Positions 1-14,840 of a stretch of 60,238 nucleotides of DNA are shown here, piece after piece; position 1 is the first letter of the stretch, and each line of letters opens with the position of its first letter. Made by a program: the position numbers and the translations under genes. A model generated the notes under the pieces. It had not been told where the DNA came from. It saw nothing but the letters and a program-made list of their open reading frames with translations, and ran no database searches. The DNA comes from Conidiobolus incongruus B7586 (Eukaryota). The stretch lies in assembly GCA_000697335.1 (NCBI GenBank), contig JNEM01013289.1, positions 1-60,238 of the forward strand, written 5' to 3'.

Positions 1-2100
1 TATATATAAGAATTTAAAAAATTAATCTCTTAATAATTATATTTAAGATAAACAAAAGCTAATTTTTTTATTGGTATTATTATTAAGAGTTTGGTTTTCA
101 TATTTAATTTCTAATTAGATTAAAAAAATACCAAATATAATAATATTAAGTTATTATTTATATTAAGTTTATAAGAAAAAGAAGTTATTATTAGCTAGTA
201 TTAATTAAGTTAACTTTATATATGAATTTTAGTAAAGTTTATTAATAATGAATTTATTTGATTAAATTATCTCAAATTTTATATAGAATGTTTATATTAA
301 GTGAGAGATAATAATATTAACATTATATATAATATTAAGTGGTTTAAGAATTCAATGAATAAATGTATTAAACCAAAGTATCAAGACTTAATAAAGTTTG
401 AATAGGATAAAATTGAATTAAATAAAATGAATTTCAATCAAATTACATATCAAATATGTATCAATTGACATTGAAATTTATAAAATATATTCAAGTATCT
501 TTGATTCAAGTTATTGTTTAACTAGGCATGATTAATTATTGATAGGAGTTCTCAAAACCAGTGAAAATTCCAGGAACAGTATAATTCGAAAAATAAGGCC
601 ATTTTATTTTAAAAAATGATTAATTATATCAAATGAAATTCCGATTAATTATTATTTTATTAAATTTGAGTTTTGTTAAAAAAAATCAACCAATTAAAAT
701 TATTAAATAATAAAATAATAAATATTAAATTTAACTCAATTTGAATTTAAAAAAAGCAATTAATATCCAAAATAAAGTATTAAATAACAGTCAATCATTA
801 AAATGTAATATAATATTTAAGATTAAAATTTAACACAATTTAATAAACAAATAAATCAAACAAGTTTAAGTTAAAATTTTTTACTCTATTTAAATTTTAT
901 CAGAGTTTATTGATTAAAAACTTATGCATCCACTGACAAATAACTGATAAACATTGAATAATAATAAAAATATCAAGGTTTTGGATTTAATTTTCGGATA
1001 GTTTAGGCTGACTGATTTAATTATAATTCAATTGATGATATAATGGTAGTTTATAGAATATTATATATCAATAATTCATATACTTTACTCTAAAATATAA
1101 AGGAAAATAATTATAAAGTCATATAAAATTTTTTAGTCTAGTTATTATCAAAAAATACTTTGGGTAAATTAAAATTTTATAGTTGACAAATATAAGGAGT
1201 GATAATTGATCAAATAGTTTAAAATTTACTAATTGACATAATTGATAAATTTTATCAATTATATTTGAATAATAAAAAAATGAGACCAATAACTAATTGT
1301 TTGAAATATTTATAAGGGTCAATTTTTTTATTAACAAATTTTTAATTTTTAATTTTTAATTCATTTAACCAAATTGATCAATAATTAAGAATATGATAAT
1401 TAAAATTTAGCTGATATAATAATATTTTATTTATATATTTAGGATAATCAAAAACACTTTAACACTGTATCAATTCAATATTTTACAATCGGTCAAATTA
1501 AACTCATTTGGTTGTTGTCTGAAATTGAATGCATCGATTTGCAATTTGGGTAAAGTTCAGTCATTAAGTTTATAGTATATCTTGATTATTAATTTGATAT
1601 TAACACTAAAGCACAAAATGTCTGATAATGCTACTAGTTTTAATGATTTAATATATTATCACAAATATAATTATTTCCGAATTAAATAATTTTAAAATTA
1701 AGTTTTCAAAAAAATTTGCATAATCTTATAATAAAAAACTATGAATATATATATATTTATAATGAAATTATTACATTAAAAGCTAATACATTTTTATTAT
1801 AGTATAATTAAAGAATAATATATCATTAAATTATAAAATATATAATTTAAATTAAGATTAAAAATTATACTTATTAAAAATTGAAATTATTATACTTTAT
1901 AAAAAATATTCAATTTATTTTGTATTATTAATTCACTTTAATTATTATATTAATATTAATATAATTTATAAAAGAAAATTTTTTTTCAATTTTATTCAGT
2001 TAATTTTTATTTTTAATTAGATAAGAGATATGAAATTATTTAACTGTTAGATATATAAAAGTTAAACATTAGAATGAAATATTAAAACCAAATAATTTTA

Positions 2101-2830
2101 TTAATTCATTAGGTTGAATTGAGTGATTCCATTTATAGAATCTTCCGTAATATAATTATTTGTAAGCAAGAGCCGATGCAGTGGATGACTATTCAGCAGG
2201 GTGATCTCCCATTCCTGAATCAATATTACATATTATCTTTTAATTAATTAATATATTTATTAATTTCAATTATACAAATATATCTACTTGATAATATCTT
2301 ATATTTCCGATAATAAAATTTATTAATACATAAAATAATGTTTATAGAGTATTTTTATAATATTATTGTAATTATTCAATAGTAAAAAAAACTTATAAAT
2401 TTAATATCATTTTGTTCAATTAGTCATAATCCTTACTTATATTTTGTTCTTAATATTTAATAAGTTATATTATAAAATTTTTTATTAAGGACGTATTCAA
2501 TAGTCATTTGAAAATATTCAAGTTGTTGGATAAATACTTTGCATTGAAAACGACTATATTGTTATTGGATAAACTAGTAAATTTTTTTAATAACTTCATA
2601 ATATTCATTAATAATAGATATGAAATACTTAATTATCAACTTCGCTATTTCTTATATTGTTTTCAAAATTTATTGGTTAATATTATATTCAATTCCTGAT
2701 TTAAATTCGTTAAAATATTGTATATATTTTTATTTTATTAAGCTTTTAAATTAAATAGGATATATATATATCCTCAACTTCAATATTCATACTAATTCAA
2801 ATGGGCTTAAAGGTCTTGTTAAAATCAATA
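2101..2830 (-). pseudogene. Possible decayed coding fragments, family not recognised
   Basis: Minus frames read as protein-like text with scattered TAA/TAG stops (FNEFKSGIEYNINQ*ILKTI*EIAKL...QQLEYFQMTIEYVLN, ~2485-2715), plus a ~40-codon open GC-richer patch at ~2101-2225. Confidence 0.25.
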
Positions 2831-5800
2831 CATATTTAATTAATGTTTTACAATATTATTTATAGTATTAATAATATCAATCGGTGATATTATTAATTTA
2901 TTGATTATAATATATATACTATTGAATGATTTCAAGGTTAATATTATAAAACTTGACAAAATAGTTTGAATCTAAAATGAAGATTGTTTTATCAAAAAAT
3001 AGGATTATAATTAAAAAATCAACTCAATTCAAATAGTAAGATTATATAATAATAAATTCACTAGATTTTTTTATTAAACTAGAAATTTAATAAATGATAT
3101 ATTAAATTAAATATGAATTAAAAATTATTTCAATAAATTATAATTTATGATATTTTTGCTAAATTAGTAACTATCAAATAATACTTATATAAATTTATTT
3201 ATTATAATTTATAAATTACTAAAAATGGAAATAATAATTGTAATTTATTAAAAAAAACAATTCAATACTAATTAACTATTATTAAACCAAAAGTTATATT
3301 ATTTTATAAATAAAATAAATATTAATTATTTCACAATTACTAATTAAAGAAATATCTATTACCAAATTTAGTATATATTAAACCAAATAAGTGATTAAAT
3401 ATAAATAAATAACAAATCAGTAATAATTGAATTTGATTGTATCACAAAAAAAACTTGATGTTTAAATTAATTGATTGATATATTTTTTAAAAAAAATTAA
3501 TTAATTAGTAAATCAAGTATAATTAAATTATTTTTAAAGGTAATTTTTCATAATTTATAACTAAGTTGAGAATTTTCAATTGAAGAATTATGCAATATTT
3601 TTTATTGAAAATTTTAGTCTAAGATTACTTATAATTGAGTAATACTAAATATAATGAGAGTTTAAAGTATGATATGAAAGTTGATTTAGCTTGAGTTATT
3701 ATTTGATTTTTTTTTCTTTTGTTGCTATACATCGTTTATATGATTATCAATTAAAAATCTATTAGAATTAATTATAAAATAGTATAATTAATTTGTCCAT
3801 TATTCAAATTTTTTAAAATGGCGGTAACCACTCCATGTAATATTTTTTTGTATTAAATTTAATAAGAGTAATTTATTATATTTTATAAAATCAATACATC
3901 TAGTCGCATAATACACCTTATTAATGTCGCATCTAATAATATTATATTAACATATTTTTGAGGAATTGGTAGTTTTAACTGCAATGGGTGTGTATTATCC
4001 TTATCGTAAAATCAAAAAGTCACAATCCAGAAAGTTCTACAAATTAAATATGATAAAAAAAATCTGCAAAAATTAAGAGATATTAACATTTTTAGTTTTT
4101 TATATGACTTCAATTTGTCAATAATCTACTAGAACTAGGATCTTATATTGTATAATTAAAATAATTAAACTCATTAAATTAGTAAAAATTTCCCTTTTAT
4201 TTATGAAAAGAAGGCAACCACTTTCCGTTATATATATTCTTTTCCGGATTCAAATTCATCAATTGAATAAAATATTAAAAGCTAATATATCTGATAGTAT
4301 GAATTTTCTAATAAATCTTAATATAATCAAAATATACCTTTTATATTTTGATTCATAAAGTAAACCCATCCAATTAAAATTGAATAATTTTTCTCATTAA
4401 AATTTTAAATTGTGTATGATTCTTTAATGTTGATTGAGTGAATATGTTTAAGGAATCGGTTCTTGAATTGTAAAATATTTGTTCAGTTAAAATTGTGAAT
4501 ATAGGACTATTGGTAAGAAAGGTAGTACACACTTTAAAAGATTGATTCACACTTTAATTTTAATCTAATAATAGAATATATTTTTCACAGTTAACATACT
4601 TAATAATATAAATTATCATATCCTTTTAAAATAATATCATATCAATTCTATATATTTATGGTAGAGGCAATAACTAATTAAAGAACATTTTATTTTCTTT
4701 GCCACATCAAGATAACAAATCAAGTGGATTATAACATAAGTTTTATTAGCTAAACATATTCCAAAAACGGAGGTTATAAAGTATTGTAACTATCATTAAA
4801 TAAATTTTATAATAAATGAAATGTCATTATATTAATCACCATTGTTCTAAAGTGTAAATGAATTTACAATATATGAGCTATTCAACGATAAAAATTAAAA
4901 AAAACAAAAAAGTAATTCAATAAATATTTTATAAATATAACATTTTCCAACTATATCAGACCAAAATGATAATGACAAAGCCATCAGTGATACAAACTTC
5001 TATTGAAGTATATATTCTACTTTACAGTTTATTTTGAATACTTATAAACAATTATCAAATTTATGACATAATATTCTAACGAAATTAAATTATAACAATA
5101 TTAATTAATATTGAGATATGAAACACAATTATTAAGAATATTATAAAATTCAATTATATACAAATTATTAAATTAAGAAATTTTTCAATTTTTTTAAAAA
5201 AAAAATAATAAGTACAAAATTATAAGAATTAAAAATAAAATTTGATATAATTCATAATATGAGTCAAAATAATGATTTATTTTGGGATTGAACTTTTTAA
5301 AATTTTCAAATATATTGATTCTTTGTAATTTTTATAAGCATTATTACTAATGAGATTTATTGTCCGTAAAATTCCTAAGCATTATATATATATAATTTTA
5401 GTATAATAATAGCAATTGTCGATCTCATTTCTAAAATTTAATCTAAAAAATTTTTTTATATTTCGTATTTATATATGTAAGTAATTATATACTTATATAC
5501 AGGAAGAATGATACTTGGGAAAAAAAGGAATTAAGAATTACACCATCCTCTAATAAACATTCATAAAAATTTCAATTTACTAGGCATTAATTATTAAAAA
5601 TATCATAAAATTTTTCAATTAACAATAATAATCTGAATTTGTATATGAATTATGAATTATGAATAATTATATATATATATATATTACGAAAAATGATCTA
5701 CGGTACCTGATCACTAATCAATTTGTTAATTTGAGTTAATAATTTTTTTTAATTAACTAATCCATTAAAAATAAAATTTAATTTATAATTAAAAAGGAAA

Positions 5801-6523
5801 TTTCCGAAATTAATAAAAAATAACAAATCTAGTTTAAAAAAATAATTTTTTTTTAATTGAAATTCATATGATTTTTTAAATTATAAATTAAGAATACTAA
5901 TATTAATGTACTCTTTAATTGAAATTTGTACTTTATAAATACTGTAAATTATGTCGAATAATTATACTATATCATATCCTTCAAACAAAAACTAGCTTAC
6001 TGTAAATAATACAAGTTTAATAATTAAAATTCAAGTTATAATTGTAAAATATATATATATATATATTATTGATAAAATAAAATTTTTAATAATTATTGAA
6101 TATATTAAAAAAAAATGTTTCTTTTTCAATTCAATAATTATTCTTATTATATTCTTTTTTTTTATTAAAATAAAATTAATTAATTTTATCAAGTATTCTA
6201 AACAAAAATGAACACATTTTCAAAAAAAAGAAAATAAAATTTTTTTTGGTAATACTTGAAATTAGCGATTTATTTATTAGTATTTGTAACAAATATATAT
6301 ATATATATATTAAAAGTCCGATAGATTCTTAAGAGAATTTTATTTAAAGAAATTGGAATTAATTTGAGGTTCTGAATATCTATTTGATAATATAAAAATA
6401 TATATTTTTTATATTATTGATTTTTTATTAAAATTATTAGTTAAGACATATACTATTGATATGTATAGATATGATTAAAATTAATAAGTATTAATATATT
6501 GGATGAATTAATTAATTAATTAA

Positions 6524-7354
6524 TTAATTGAGGGTTGAATTCCTTCTCTGATGAATTTTGATGTGTGCTGATAAATTGTCCGTCCTGCTGAAGAATTTGT
6601 TACACGTGGAGATGGGGCACTGATACGGCCTGTGGTCAAAGTGGACACAGCGCTGGTGACGCTTCAAATGCTCCGCACGCTTGAAGGTTTGGAAGCAGTT
6701 GTCCACTTCACAGATGTGGAGTTTTTTTGTGTGACTGACTGATTGCGAGCGTTTTGTGCGGAAGTGAGTCGGTGGCTGAGAATGCAAGGCAGGGACGAAA
6801 TTGGAAGTTGGTAGACTGTTTGGGGTGGTTTGAGGAGATGGATGGTAAGATGCTAGCTGAGACCTTGCGTTTGTGACAGTGGTTGAAGATGTTTCTAAGA
6901 ATGTGGGGATGGATAACTGAGAAGGAGGGGTTAGAGGGTTCTGAAATAATTGAGCTTGGGTTGGAGACCACATTGAAGAGATGTCGGACATTGAAGGGAT
7001 AGCTAGTTCGCTGTTAGGATCGAGAGGAGTTGACATGGAGGGATAAGACAATGGACTTGAAGACGAGTTTGATAAGAAGGGTTGATGTAAATCCATCATG
7101 CTACCATTCATAGATAAGTCTATAGGAGTCATTGGAGACCATGGCATGCATGATGAAATATCCATAGGATACGTTTGGCAAGTATCCATTGAGAGATCGG
7201 CCAACATTTTGGAATCAAATGGTCCTGGTGTGGGGATCCACCGCAATTCCTGGGCCATAAACATATCGAGAGAGCTGTTGGAGGGAGGAATGGTTAGCTG
7301 GTTGATGAATGCATCAATCTGCTGATCTTCATTAATCTCTGGGCGAACACTCAT
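6524..7354 (-). CDS. C2H2 zinc-finger transcription factor, Msn2/Msn4/Seb1-like
   Basis: Intronless 276 aa ORF with an S/P/M-rich N-terminus and two C-terminal C2H2 fingers, CFQTFKRAEHLKRHQRCVH and CNKFFSRTDNLSAHIKIH, matching the FKRxEHLKRH / FSRxDNL signature. Confidence 0.85.
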   Translation of the reverse strand: MSVRPEINEDQQIDAFINQLTIPPSNSSLDMFMAQELRWIPTPGPFDSKMLADLSMDTCQTYPMDISSCMPWSPMTPIDLSMNGSMMDLHQPFLSNSSSSPLSYPSMSTPLDPNSELAIPSMSDISSMWSPTQAQLFQNPLTPPSQLSIPTFLETSSTTVTNARSQLASYHPSPQTTPNSLPTSNFVPALHSQPPTHFRTKRSQSVSHTKKLHICEVDNCFQTFKRAEHLKRHQRCVHFDHRPYQCPISTCNKFFSRTDNLSAHIKIHQRRNSTLN

Positions 7355-8041
7355 GTTTTTAATTGATTAAATAATCAAAGAAAGGAGCTATAGTAGCGAA
7401 ATTAATTAAATGATATTAGGTAAGTATTGAAAAGAAACGGAATTAAAAGTATATGAGAGTGGAACGGAAAACTTGGAAATTAAAAAGGAAAGCACAGCTT
7501 TAATACCAAGTCACAGTAATTGATTGAACTAAGAACAATCAGCAGAGAAATTAGAATAGTAACAAGCAGGGATAAAATTGGAGAATTTTTTTTAAAATTG
7601 TGAGTGAAATCCCTGTATTTTATACTACCCCTCTAAACCCTTCCCCTCTTCTCCTTGAATTTTTGCAATTTAAAATTTTTTAATTTTAAATTAATGATTA
7701 TAACCTGAATTTAGTCTACCAACTAATCGAATCACTAACATTATAGTCTTATAGCATGTTAACTTAAGTTTTTTCATATCTAACTATATCAGTTTGAAGA
7801 TCACGCTCATGGGGGATATCAAACATATTGGGGTAACCTTGACAGAGGGGGAGCTCCAATTCAATCCAAAAAAATACAAGTGCAAATTCTAGTTATTATT
7901 TATGCATTTGAGAAAATAAATTTGATCAAATCGAAATTTTCCTGAAAATGAATACATATTATTGATAATTTAATATAATGAATGATTTAGGAAATTAGCA
8001 AAATACACGTATTTTATTAAATTTAACATATTGGATTAATC

Positions 8042-8293
8042 AAGTTGATGGATAATAAATTATTAGCATTATACTTGAATCAATTTGGTAATGTACTATA
8101 AGAATTGCTTTAAGCGAGAATACTGCGATACTATGATGAAACATGCTCAAATCTTGGTTGGTACATTTTAACCGACGAATTTAAGAGCTTCACATGGCGT
8201 GAGACCTCCACATTAATGGAAAGACCCTTAGCTCCTGATATTGATCCAACACAACTTAAACCTGATTCAATTTATAACTATCAACTAAAGTAA
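8042..8293 (+). pseudogene. Decayed coding fragment of unknown family
   Basis: One frame reads KLMDNKLLALYLNQFGNVL*ELL*ARILRYYDETCSNLGWYILTDEFKSFTWRETSTLMERPLAPDIDPTQLKPDSIYNYQLK*. Both internal stops are TAA, and the GC content is above the flanks. Confidence 0.35.
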
Positions 8294-10021
8294 ACAAAAA
8301 GTTTTAATTAATATTTGAAGCTATTCCTCAAATATTCATAACCAAACAACTTTATAAACTATACCTTTAGCGTTTATTATTTTATTTATACTATTAAACT
8401 CCTTGTAAATTCATTTCATTTCTAATTAAATTGTCTTAATTTTAACACCTTATTATTTTTTAAGCATTAAAATGCTTTTTTATACTTGATAATTAATAAT
8501 CAACTGCTAGAGATAAAAAACAACTGAAATATCTTTTAATCAAAACTCTTTCCCCAATTTCTTATGGAGAAAATTCAGAAAAAATTCGTTAAATTCTTGT
8601 AATTATTGACTATTAAGGATCTTTATTCCTTATTATATGGATTTAATATATTTTAGTTAATTTTACTTTCTAAATAATGGCATATTATTTTGAGGACTAG
8701 AATTTCTGTGGACCTCATTTTATATACGTATGTAAAATTTAAATATAATTATCAATAAATGATAATTAGACAATATAAAATATAACTCCATTCCAATATC
8801 ATGAGAATATTTATTAGTTTAGTCAATAGATAGATTTTGAACTTGAGAAGGGATACAAATAAATTTACTTTCGATTTAAAACCATTGAATTTATTAAAGA
8901 TGGATGTACTATTGAATCTCTAATATATTAATGTGAATTTAACAATCAAGCTGAAAATATCATATTAATGAATAACGATTATGAATTGCATTCCATAGAA
9001 ATAATAAAATAACCCCAATCTCATAACAGCATCAACTAACTCAGAATTACAATATTGAAAGGCAAAAATAAAATCAAATAAATTATATCCACTTGATATT
9101 AAAATTTTATTCTGAAACATTGCACTAAATTAAATAAGACCAGATATTGGATAATAATGTAATTGTATATGATATATATATTAGGATAATGAAAATAATT
9201 TCTAGCTTTGATAAGATATATTGACTATTAACCATCGAATAAAATAAATTATTTAAAAATAACCCAAATTTTATCAAAAATGATTTTTGCTTTTAATTGT
9301 TTAATTCAATTATTATATTATAAATGATTTGAAATTAATATAAATCCTACAATATTATATTAAATTCATACTCCTTGTCAAAATCAGATTATTATTTTAA
9401 GATTTTAAATTCTATATTCTAAATATTTCTAATTAGTTAATGAAATACTCTAGCTCGGCGTCTATAATTATCAGTAATTTGATCATTTAATAATAACAAT
9501 ATTGTTTATATATAATACATTATTATTTATGATAATTAAATAATTAATCATATTAACTATTTATATATTCAAGTCATTTCAACCAAAAAATAATCAAGAT
9601 TTCAAAGTCAATGAACTGGCCATAAGTCAAAATTTTACAATATTATAACGAGAAATATCGATAATAATCTATTTATTTATAAATTTTACTGTGGTAATCA
9701 GGTAAAATATTTTAAAAGAAACTCCCAGTTGCTATATTATTTTAAAACTATTAAAAAAATAATTTTAAAATTTAAAGCTGGTAGATCAAATAATTAGGAT
9801 TTATCAAGATTTTATTGCCTATAGTCAATATACAAACAAAAAACTAAAAAAACATTCTTTTATATTTGGACCATCACCCACACTTATAAGCTAAATAATT
9901 AGCTATTATAATATAATTTTAAGACTAAAATAGTATGATAAAAGATCAAAAGTACAATTTTATATCAATAAACTACCATATTATCAAATATATCCTGATA
10001 TATTCAAAGAAAAGAACTAAA

Positions 10022-10562
10022 ATCAACTAGTCTTGGATCAATATATTGACTCCCCTATTTTAGATTTAAAAAGTTATATAATTAGATAAAAATTAACCAT
10101 TATTTAAATTTCAAAAAATGATTAAAAAAGTAAATGTTAATATTAAATATAAATTATAATAAGATGTGTTTTCACTAATTATTACCTTAAAAAATTGGTT
10201 CAAGTAAAGCTATTTATAATAGATCCTATAATATTAAATGTTGCTAAAAACTATATATATATAATATTAAAAACTAATTATAATTCAAGATATGAGTCCT
10301 ATTTATCATAAAAATAATATTAAAATCCATTGAAAAATAAAAGACTTAGTTGCCAAATCGCCCATACTCCCTAGACTTGAGTCCATGTGATCATAACTGT
10401 TATGGGAGATTGATTAATATTATTACTGACCAATAATTTAAAGATATCTAATACAATTGATAGAAAATTAAATCCAATAATTGTATCTTTAAAAAGGCTT
10501 TAAGGTGTCGAAAGGTTGCGTAAAATCTGGAAGAGCATCATTGATTAAAGTGCTAATTACTG
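10022..10562 (+). mobile_element. Degenerate Tc1/mariner (mariner-like) transposase remnant
   Basis: Catalytic-domain motifs in order: IN*SWI at 10022 (cf. GDE-x-W), KK*ML...H*LLP, LPNRPYSLDLSPCD at 10350-10391 (cf. LPHPPYSPDLAPSD), then GVERLRKIWKSII. Many stops; TIRs not identified. Confidence 0.75.
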
Positions 10563-10889
10563 ATATAACAACAATATATGCATTTAATTAAAGTATATAT
10601 ATATGCAACATAAGTTTGAAAATCCAGACTTATTTTTTTATCATTTGTAAAATTAATAAATGTTAAATAAAACCATTCTTTTCTAATATTAATACTAATA
10701 AAATAAATAAACTCAGGAAGTGGAAAACTAAAATTTAAATATACTGAATGTTTATGGTAATTTGGTATTTCGTTTTTTCAAATGAATTTTAATATTCAAT
10801 CAATATAATTTCTATTTCGAAATTAAATTTATATATGGAAATATTTATTAAAATTGTTTGATTACAAAATAAATAGGTTATTATTAGGG

Positions 10890-12660
10890 TTAAATGAATT
10901 TGAAAATAAATAGAGATGAAACGGACAAAATTGTTAGGATTGTTAGACCGCAAAAGATACTCAATCGCTTGTTGTTGTTGACATCATCTAGGAATTGATA
11001 TTTCCAGTATGAACCTGTGACTATGACAGAATAATAGCTGGAAAAGTACTTGGTAATGAGCTGGTTCGCGAAGTTTGCATCCAAGTAGCCGTGTAAACCA
11101 AAGTGATTGAGTTGGAGGCCACTCACGCTGAGTTGTTTGGACCATCTCGAGTTTGAAGGTGAAGTTAATCGATGGCTGGGATCATTTGTTACATCGAGAG
11201 AGTTTGAAGTTTTGAAATAATTATCGATCAATTGTATCAATCTTTCCGTTTTAAAGTACCAGTAATTCACAAATTTTTTCAGTATCTCCATACTTTTATC
11301 CGTCTCGTTTAGGAAATCGTCCATTTGGATGGAATTAATGAGATACTGATAGGTTTCTAAGTCTTTCTTATTGAGGACAAGTAGACTGGCGTCTTTGGGA
11401 TTGGATTGGAGTGTTGGTGGTAAATTGATGTTATCATCTTCAAATCTGATTACCAAGTCGTAACAATCTCGTTTCTCAAGAATCAAAAGATCACTGGTGA
11501 CTGCGATATAAGATCCCAACCTTTGAATCTGATCTAATTCATTCACGCCAACGTTAAAGAGTATTTCATAAGGATCGGAATTAAATAAATCTGTTATAAT
11601 ATCTGTTAAAAAGGACAAATTCCATACTGAAATTTAAAATTAGCCTATTATATTAATAAAATAACACACTAAAAATTTACCTAAAGCACATGGGAATTGT
11701 AATGGAGGATTACAATAGATAACAATTCTCTTTTTTAGCAATATAAACTTCCAAATAACACTCCACTGAGCTCCAAATAAATAAATCACTTGTTCCAATT
11801 GATTTATTGGGTTTAGTACTTTTGGTGACTGTGCTGACGGGCTATTTAACCTTGGAGAACTTAAAAAACTATCGTTATAAACTGGGTCAGACTGTGAGAA
11901 TACATTGGGTGGTAACTGATAAAATGTTGTTAATTCTTCGCGCAGTTCATCAAGGGGTAAATTCAATCTAAAATATTCAACAAATCAATTCATGATACTT
12001 AAAATTAATATCTAATAAACTTACTTGATATTGTCAATTAACTGTTGAATTCTAATATTCAAAGATAAATAATTATTCGAAATTAAACCAATCGACCTCA
12101 TTTCATAACCTCTCACTTTAAAACGATTGGAACTAGCAGGTAGCCTTTGATAAATACAAACGCCATAATTTTCACCAATTTTAAAATAACTAAATTATTA
12201 ATTAATATTAATAAAATATAAATAAAAAATATTACAAAATATCATTAAAAATTTTATGCAAACCACTTGGTAAACTTAAATATTCTACACTTTCTAAATT
12301 ATATTCTAAACTCATTATTAATATAAAAAAAAGCATATAATATATTATTATTTATTATACCTTGAGGATATTTAAAATAAATTTCATTGCCTTTTAAAGG
12401 GTCAAATATAGATATAAATACTGCTTCAATACCGTCCAACTGTTGAGAATAATTTGGGGATGTCTGTAACTCGTAGGTATTATTCCCAGTTATTAGTGTT
12501 TCTAACTGATTTAACTTTATGTCTAAACTGCTAAATATTAAATTAAATTATGGTTTGTTTGGTTATATCAGAATTACTTGGTTTTTGAGGTATTGTTAAT
12601 TGTATCAGATGAGTTTAGTAGTGGTGCTTCGATAGATTGTTCATAATTTAGCGTTTCCAT
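10890..12660 (-). CDS. DENN-like protein (DUF2347 / Anr2 / DENND11-LCHN family), multi-exon
   Basis: ATG at 12660. GT-AG introns (e.g. 12531-12577, 12306-12360) join AVFISIFDPLKGNEIYFKYP, VEYLSLPSGLHKI, YFKIGENYGVCIYQR, MRSIGLI, LFGAQWSVIWKFILLKKRIVIYCNPP and LFNVGVNELD. Confidence 0.75.
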
Positions 12661-14840
12661 TTTATTTCAAAATTATTAAAATGATTATTGTTTAAATAAA
12701 AGATATGATTAAATATTTATTTTTTATTCTTTTGCATATAATGAATATAGTATAGTATTTGTTTTGATAATGATTTTTGATTGGTTATGGGATATTTTCT
12801 GAGTTTAAATTTAGTTTTAATTTTAGTCATATTGAAATTTTTGGGTGATTATATAACAGAAAAGGGATATTGCTATTCAACTAAATTTGTGAATATTACA
12901 CACTTTTAAACTATTAGACTATTTCTAAAATGGGAAACGCAGCAATATCAATAAAATTATATAGTATATAGACTGTTTAATAATTCAAGGTATTTAGTAC
13001 TAATCTTTGTACATTTTTTACAATTATTTTAATGGATCTATAGCTAAAAATAACCATTATGTATTTTTTAATTTATAATAATACGATATTTTTATAAAAT
13101 ATGGCAATTAATTAGAAATCAATTTATAATAGATTAATGCAAAATAATTTTTATAAATACTGATTCACACAATCCAAAAAATTGATAAATTTATGAACTT
13201 GATGATTAACCACATATTTTAAAATTTAATATTTGAGAAAGATTAGAAACTAGAATTAAAAATTTTGTGTTATGGAAGATTTAAATTGTGTGAAAAATAT
13301 GAGTATGTAATTATTTCAATTCCAAAAAAATTCGGTATTTTTCAATTGATTCATTTTTGTTCAAATGCTGTGAATAAAAAAAGAACGTATCAATGATTAA
13401 AGTTTCAAATTCTAATTATATTAGACTAATTTTAAATGTTATTAATTTATAATTTAATATATTTCAAATAATAGAATTTCCTTCAATTATTAGATTATCC
13501 GTGACAAAAATAATAATTTAAATTTAAAATAATCCAAATATTGCAGATTATTTGGTTAATAATTGAATTTTTAAGAGTTTATTATTTGAAACTTTGTGAT
13601 ATCACTTTTATGTTAACAAATTAAAATTTTAGAATATTTTGAAATTAAAAATAAAAAATTTGAATAAATTGGTGATTTAATTATTGAAAACGAATAATTA
13701 TTTTTGTTAGCTACAGAATCGATTAAATATTCATAAACATATTAATGATGATAATAAATACTGGTTTTTCATGAAAAATAGTAGCCCTTTATAAATATAT
13801 TCAATTATCATAAAAATTTATTTCTAAATTACAATTAATTAATTTTAGCTATTAAAATAAAATATAAATGAAAGTAATTATATTAATGACTCATAATAAT
13901 TAGAATTTTATTTAATTGATTATTGAAATGTACAAAATTGGAAAATGTTTGTAAAATCAAATATAATTGAATTTCGAAGTGTTATTGTAAAAATCCATTT
14001 AACAGAATGAGAAAAAAATTATTATATAATGGATTTGGTCTCAATCAAGTGCAATGGGTACTGTAATTCTAATGATGTGTATTTATGATTATTATGCATC
14101 ATTTATAACTATTTTAAATCAAAGTAGTCAATGTTATATCTTATATTAATATATTTATTGTTTCAATATTCCTGATTGATATTATATTTTCAAGCTTAAT
14201 ATTTTTTGTTATATTAAAAACTTTTTGAACTTTGACGAAGATTTGCTTATTATATGGAAAAATACGTGTATTAAAAATTGAACACAACTTTCAAATTGAG
14301 CTTCAGATCAATTAGTATTATTTTTATAGACGATTTTCTTGGTGGAAATGGTTCATGTAGTGGAAATTTTTGTCAGATATTTTAAAATTAATATTAAATA
14401 ATAACTTTTATTACTCAATTCGGTTTAATACTAAGAGGAATGGACGTGAAATAATATTTTTTAGAATATTCATGTGATTATCAATGGATTAAGACTTGAT
14501 TGTTATTCCATTGATCTTTGGATTATAACAATGGATACTACTAGATTTTTTACTATATTGTAAACTGAATTAAAGAATAAATAATGTTATAAATGTCATG
14601 AATTTTAGAAATGTTCAGAAAAATTCAAGATTAATGAGAATGGTATCAGGTGATGTGATGTAAATCGGATGTATCGTTTGATGAAAATATTTTATGACAT
14701 TTAATATATACAGTATTGTATATTGAAAATGATGTCACAATATTCAATATTCAATTAAGTATAAATATAAATATATGATTCTAAGTTGAGTTCAAATCTC
14801 GAAAAATTAATAATTGAATGAATAAAATAATCATCGAAAT

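Noticed and set aside
2190..2220. Hairpin ATTCAG..GGG-TGATCT-CCC..CTGAAT with C/D-box-like words
   Set aside because: Too short for a C/D snoRNA and lies in a minus-strand open frame; more likely a coding relic.
2508..2699. 63 aa ORF (also 49098-49295, 54336-54539, 58938-59138)
   Set aside because: I/L/F/N/K-rich chance ORFs typical of very AT-rich DNA, with no motifs.
4680..5030. Possible integrase remnant
   Set aside because: No catalytic motifs could be placed in a consistent order.
8099..8113. In-frame TAA/TGA codons in relic ORFs read as an alternative genetic code or selenocysteine
   Set aside because: Intact host genes here end in TAA, TAG or TGA normally, and no SECIS was seen; mutation explains the stops better.
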